DNA from: an uncultured Moraxella sp. | GTDB lineage: Bacteria > Pseudomonadota > Gammaproteobacteria > Pseudomonadales > Moraxellaceae | Length of the DNA: 34,751 bases | NCBI GenBank assembly: GCA_916720335.1 | Contig: CAKAQU010000001.1 | Coordinates: 1-34,751 of the forward strand | Direction: 5' to 3' | Translations under genes and position numbers: made by a program | Shown here: positions 31,029 through 34,751 of the stretch, in pieces | Numbering within the stretch: position 1 is the first letter of the stretch | Layout: each line of letters begins with the position of its first letter | The notes under the pieces: generated by a model | Databases searched by the model: none | Seen by the model: the letters and a program-made list of their open reading frames with translations, nothing else | What the model was told of the DNA's origin: nothing

Positions 31029-31700
31029 CTAAACTATGAACGATTGCTCAGCATTCATCATTGTAAGCCAGTTTTTGATTTGTTTGGCGGTTTTATCACA
31101 ATCAGGCGACGTTAAAGGCATTTCATTAATATTAAAGTGATTTACTAATGGTAAATTTGCCAAAAAATTATCAATATCATCCAAGCTCAATAATCGTCCA
31201 TGTAAATCAAATCCCACATTTAAAGCTCGTCCTTTGACGGCTGCCAAACGGTCGTGTAGATGCCCATATAAATGATACCAGCCTTTATGACAACCTTCCC
31301 ATTCTATCATTGGGTAATGGCTTAAAATTAGGGTACGTTTATATTTATCTTGATTGAGACGAATTTTGCCATACTCTGTAATGGATGATAGCGCAGGCTT
31401 GCCACAGGCTTTTTTGGTCGTTAAAAACGTTTGTGTGTTTTGTCGAATAACATCGTCATGATTGCCTAAAATTAAATGATGCGTTCCCTTTAATTGCAGC
31501 AACACATCCAAAATTTCTTGTTTGTGATGAGAAAACGATATGTCGCCTAAATTATAAACAACATCGTCATCACCCACGACACTATTCCATTGATTGATTA
31601 AAAATTCATTCATCAGATTAATGTCTTTTGGGCGAAAGGTTGGGCAAAATTTAATAATATTTTTATGAGAAAAATGTAAATCCGAAGTAAAATAAATCAT
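31029..31700 (-). CDS. Calcineurin-like metallophosphoesterase
   Basis: DLH, LGD, GNHD, HYP, GHLH metal-binding motifs; 19 nt after the ligase stop. Confidence 0.9.
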   Translation of the reverse strand: MIYFTSDLHFSHKNIIKFCPTFRPKDINLMNEFLINQWNSVVGDDDVVYNLGDISFSHHKQEILDVLLQLKGTHHLILGNHDDVIRQNTQTFLTTKKACGKPALSSITEYGKIRLNQDKYKRTLILSHYPMIEWEGCHKGWYHLYGHLHDRLAAVKGRALNVGFDLHGRLLSLDDIDNFLANLPLVNHFNINEMPLTSPDCDKTAKQIKNWLTMMNAEQSFIV

Positions 31701-31719
31701 ATTAAAACCTATTGCTTAG

Positions 31720-33219
31720 TTAAATTTTTTCCAAAAAATTTTGGATAAAGGTAATTTTATCAAGTTCAGACAATTGATTAAAAATATCTTTATTTTCTTT
31801 GATGTGGTCGATCAAAGGGTAATATTCTTCATCAACGTGGTTTTTATTCAATTTTCTATCGATGCTTTCTTCATTGCTTCTTCCTAAAAATTTAGAAACC
31901 AAATAAAAGGGGGATTTTAATTTAAATAACAGCTCTTTGGTATGACTGTCAAAAACCATAAAACCTTCATGTTTGACAGTTTTTAATAAGGTTTTTGCCT
32001 CTTTAAAACTTATATTGCGAATCATCTGTGGTCTTTTTAAGACTATTTCTTTTTGCGATTGATTAAAATCATCAGCAATTTGATTTAATCTTTCTTCGCT
32101 AAATTGTTCAGAAGTCTTGACATTAATCACACCAATTAGAGTTTCCCCAAAATCTTCTTTGATGATATGAACATCGTTTTTGTCAGTAATCTCAAATAAA
32201 AATGTATGATTGGGATATTGTTTAAATAAGGATTCATACTTTTGACAATGATTTTTCGTCATTTTAGCAAAATCACTGTCTAAAGAACCAGTTGTGGAGT
32301 ATAGAACTTGATGGTTAAAATCGCTATCAAAACTGTCGTGATTTTTATCTAAATCAACATAAGTACACACACCTAAAAAACCATTGACTTTAACCACCAA
32401 ATCCACCAAATGATTATCGTCAATATCAATGGGGTATTTGCTGGTTTTACTAACGCGCTCACTGTAATTAAATACTTTTTTAAATGGACGAATGATAATA
32501 TTATTGGCTTTATCCATAACAAGCCCACGCATTTCCAATAAAGCGTCATCAAAATTATTGTTATAAAACACTTTACGAGCGTATTTTAATACTTTTAAAT
32601 TAGGATAATTTTTAGAATATTTGGCAGTAAAATTACCATAATTAAAAGCCAGATATTCATCACTGATGTATGTATGCTTTTGACTATCGTATTCCAATGG
32701 TTTTTTATCAAAAATTCTAAGTTGTTCAATTTTTTCTTGAATTTCTCTAGTCATTGGTCTAATGGGCGCTACGTCAATCTCATCTTTGAGTTTATTTTTA
32801 TCCAAACGAATGTAGGCAGCCAAAACCTCAGCTTCTTTAACATGATGGATATTTTCAAAAAAATTATGCAAACGATAGACCGTGCTTTTAAAATGATATT
32901 TAGTTGCTAGCGCCAAAAGATGTTTGCACAAACTAATTTTTTGATTGGTGTTTGAATTAATCACCAAAACATTTTTATTAGGATGTTCTTTACCGTATTT
33001 AAAGGCATTTTTCATCATTGTCATGCCCTGATTTGCCGCTTTATCTAGTCTTTCGGGCGTCCAGTAATAATTACCATGTTCATCTGTTAAAAGAAGGTCA
33101 TTTTCTACATGAACAATCAGTGCGTCTGGGAATTTTTGCAAAAATTGAGAAATTGTTTCTTTGGCAAAGGTAGATTTTCCAGAGCCTTGGTGACCGCGAA
33201 TTAAGATAAATTGTTGCAT
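31720..33219 (-). CDS. P-loop polynucleotide-kinase-like domain fused to a T4 Rnl1-like ATP-dependent RNA ligase
   Basis: N-term GHQGSGKST, SNTN, NIHHV; C-term EMRGL, RPFKKVFNYSE, motif I KVNG (K277), STTGS, FLFEI, EGFMV, FKLKS. Confidence 0.85.
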   Translation of the reverse strand: MQQFILIRGHQGSGKSTFAKETISQFLQKFPDALIVHVENDLLLTDEHGNYYWTPERLDKAANQGMTMMKNAFKYGKEHPNKNVLVINSNTNQKISLCKHLLALATKYHFKSTVYRLHNFFENIHHVKEAEVLAAYIRLDKNKLKDEIDVAPIRPMTREIQEKIEQLRIFDKKPLEYDSQKHTYISDEYLAFNYGNFTAKYSKNYPNLKVLKYARKVFYNNNFDDALLEMRGLVMDKANNIIIRPFKKVFNYSERVSKTSKYPIDIDDNHLVDLVVKVNGFLGVCTYVDLDKNHDSFDSDFNHQVLYSTTGSLDSDFAKMTKNHCQKYESLFKQYPNHTFLFEITDKNDVHIIKEDFGETLIGVINVKTSEQFSEERLNQIADDFNQSQKEIVLKRPQMIRNISFKEAKTLLKTVKHEGFMVFDSHTKELLFKLKSPFYLVSKFLGRSNEESIDRKLNKNHVDEEYYPLIDHIKENKDIFNQLSELDKITFIQNFLEKI

Positions 33220-33264
33220 AGTCTCTCACAATCAATAAATTAATAAAATGAATAAGTTATCTTA

Positions 33265-33280
33265 AGCAATGGCTATACCA
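33265..33280 (-). promoter_or_regulatory. Sigma54 (-24/-12) promoter of the kinase-ligase/phosphoesterase operon
   Basis: Minus strand TGGTATAGCCATTGCT: GG-N10-GC; predicted +1 near 33254, about 35 nt before the ATG. Confidence 0.8.
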
Positions 33281-33308
33281 TTTTATAAAATAATGATAAA
33301 AATTTTAT

Positions 33309-33321
33309 TAATTATTTGAAA
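33309..33321 (-). promoter_or_regulatory. Possible IHF site
   Basis: TTTCAAATAATTA, one mismatch to WATCARN4TTR, just upstream of the -24 element; AT-rich context weakens the match. Confidence 0.3.
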
Positions 33322-33421
33322 ATTAAAGAAATTTTTATTTTTATATAAAATAACCTTATAAAATTTATGTTAAAATACTAGCTTATTTTCTAATTTTTAT
33401 TTCATTTATATAAAAAAAGCT

Positions 33422-34751
33422 ATGAATAAATTGACTAAAAACCCAACTAAAAAAACAGTGATGATAAGTTTTTTGGGTACAGTATTGGATGCAGGTCTTG
33501 GAAAAAAACGTTGGAAAAGATGGCGACCTAACGTGGACATTCATCAATGCGCATCAATTGATGTTGTTGAACTGTTTGTGGCGGATAAGTTTGTTACACT
33601 TGGTGAAAAAATCAAACAAGACATCGCTGAGATTTCGCCCAATACCAGTGTAAATCTTATCCCAATGGATTTAGATAATCCTTGGGATTTTAGTGAAGTG
33701 TATGAAAAACTATCCGATTGGGCGGCGGTCTATCCTTTTGATACCCAAACTTATCAATATTGGACACACATTACCACAGGAACTCACGTTGCCCAGATTT
33801 GTTTGTTTTTATTGGTGGAAAGCAGACAAATTCCCAGTGTACTGTTACAAACTGCCCCACCTAAAAAAACCGAAGATTCAACCACCCATTTAGGTGAGTT
33901 TGAACTAATTGATTTGGATTTAACCCGTTATGATAATATTGCCAAACGATTGGCGCAAGTTAAAAATGACGCTCAAAAATATCTAAAAAACAACATCGCC
34001 ACCAAAAATCTTGCATTTAATCAAATGATAGCTGAAATACAACAAGTGGCGATGAATTCATCAGCACCAATCTTATTAATGGGCGAAACAGGCGTTGGTA
34101 AGTCATTGTTAGCCAAAAGAATTTTTGAGCTTAAAAAAGCACGACATTTAATCAGTGGACAGCTAATTGATGTAAATTGCGCTACATTAAAAGGCGATGG
34201 CGCGATGAGTGCGCTGTTTGGTCATGGCAAAGGCGCATTTACTGGAGCGGTTTTGGGGCGAGATGGCTATCTAAAATCTGCTGATAAGGGCGTGCTGTTT
34301 TTAGATGAAATTGGTGAACTTGGACTAGATGAGCAGGCAATGCTGCTAAAAGCTATTGAGGATAAACAGTTTTATCCCTTAGGCTTGGATAAACCCGTAT
34401 CATCAGATTTTATATTAATTGCTGGCACGAATAAAAATCTGCAAACAGAAGTATCGGCAGGGCGTTTTCGTGCCGATTTATATGTGCGAATCAATATCTG
34501 GCAATATCATTTACCCAAGTTGTTTGACCGTAAAGAAGATATCGCCCCCAACATTGACCACCAACTGATTTTGGCAAGTACAGAAATTGGACAAAAAGTG
34601 CAATTTGATAAGTTGGCTTATCAGCTTTATTTGGAGTTTGCACTATCAAGTAGGGCAATTTGGTCAGGTAATTTTCGGGATTTGTCCGCCAGTATTTTGC
34701 GTATGGCAACCTTAAATCAACAAGGATTTATTACTCAAGCAATTGTTAAAA
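33422..34751 (+). CDS. rtcR: RNA repair transcriptional activator RtcR (CARF + sigma54 AAA+), partial at right edge
   Basis: Not in ORF track (no stop in window). Manual translation: KKTVMISFLGTVLD..RWKRWRP..NPWDFSEVY..HITTGTHVAQIC..IDLDLTRY..GETGVGKS..FGHGKGAFTGA..FLDEIGELGLDEQAMLLKAIE..WSGNFRDL, matching motifs I recall from E. coli RtcR. Confidence 0.95.
   Translation, partial: MNKLTKNPTKKTVMISFLGTVLDAGLGKKRWKRWRPNVDIHQCASIDVVELFVADKFVTLGEKIKQDIAEISPNTSVNLIPMDLDNPWDFSEVYEKLSDWAAVYPFDTQTYQYWTHITTGTHVAQICLFLLVESRQIPSVLLQTAPPKKTEDSTTHLGEFELIDLDLTRYDNIAKRLAQVKNDAQKYLKNNIATKNLAFNQMIAEIQQVAMNSSAPILLMGETGVGKSLLAKRIFELKKARHLISGQLIDVNCATLKGDGAMSALFGHGKGAFTGAVLGRDGYLKSADKGVLFLDEIGELGLDEQAMLLKAIEDKQFYPLGLDKPVSSDFILIAGTNKNLQTEVSAGRFRADLYVRINIWQYHLPKLFDRKEDIAPNIDHQLILASTEIGQKVQFDKLAYQLYLEFALSSRAIWSGNFRDLSASILRMATLNQQGFITQAIVK

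Noticed and set aside
31029..33219. Prophage interpretation of the phage-like ligase and phosphoesterase
   Set aside because: No integrase, structural or replication genes; the sigma54 promoter and rtcR indicate a cellular regulon.
33220..33421. Y RNA or tRNA-like ncRNA as in the Salmonella rsr-yrlBA-rtcBA operon
   Set aside because: The leader is only about 35 nt, the spacer has no GC stems, and no Ro/Rsr gene is in the window.
33693..34709. Short ORFs 33693-33893 (+) and 34491-34709 (-)
   Set aside because: They lie inside the continuous rtcR frame starting at 33422.

Overview
Low-GC gammaproteobacterial chromosome segment. Gene content and order (argH, rho-trxA, hemCD-hemX-like, bolA-murA-hisG-hisD-hisC, rsmH-ftsL-ftsI-murE-murF-mraY without mraZ) suggest Moraxellaceae (Moraxella-like; inference). 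Most of the window is housekeeping, with tRNA-Phe(GAA) and tRNA-Gln(TTG). The most interesting part is the right end (31029-34751). There an rtcR gene (CARF + sigma54 AAA+ activator; absent from the ORF track because it runs off the window) sits divergent to a correctly spaced -24/-12 promoter. That promoter points not at rtcB/rtcA but at a P-loop kinase fused to a T4 Rnl1-like ATP-dependent RNA ligase, followed by a calcineurin-like phosphoesterase. This looks like an RtcR-controlled 'heal-and-seal' RNA repair operon. Other points: an AlgR-like regulator with a degenerate receiver and no adjacent kinase, a secreted nuclease coupled to a small acidic protein, an 11-mer-repeat lipoprotein, an SCGPC thioredoxin, and a secreted protein inserted between hisG and hisD. 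All calls come from reading motifs by eye; no database searches were run.
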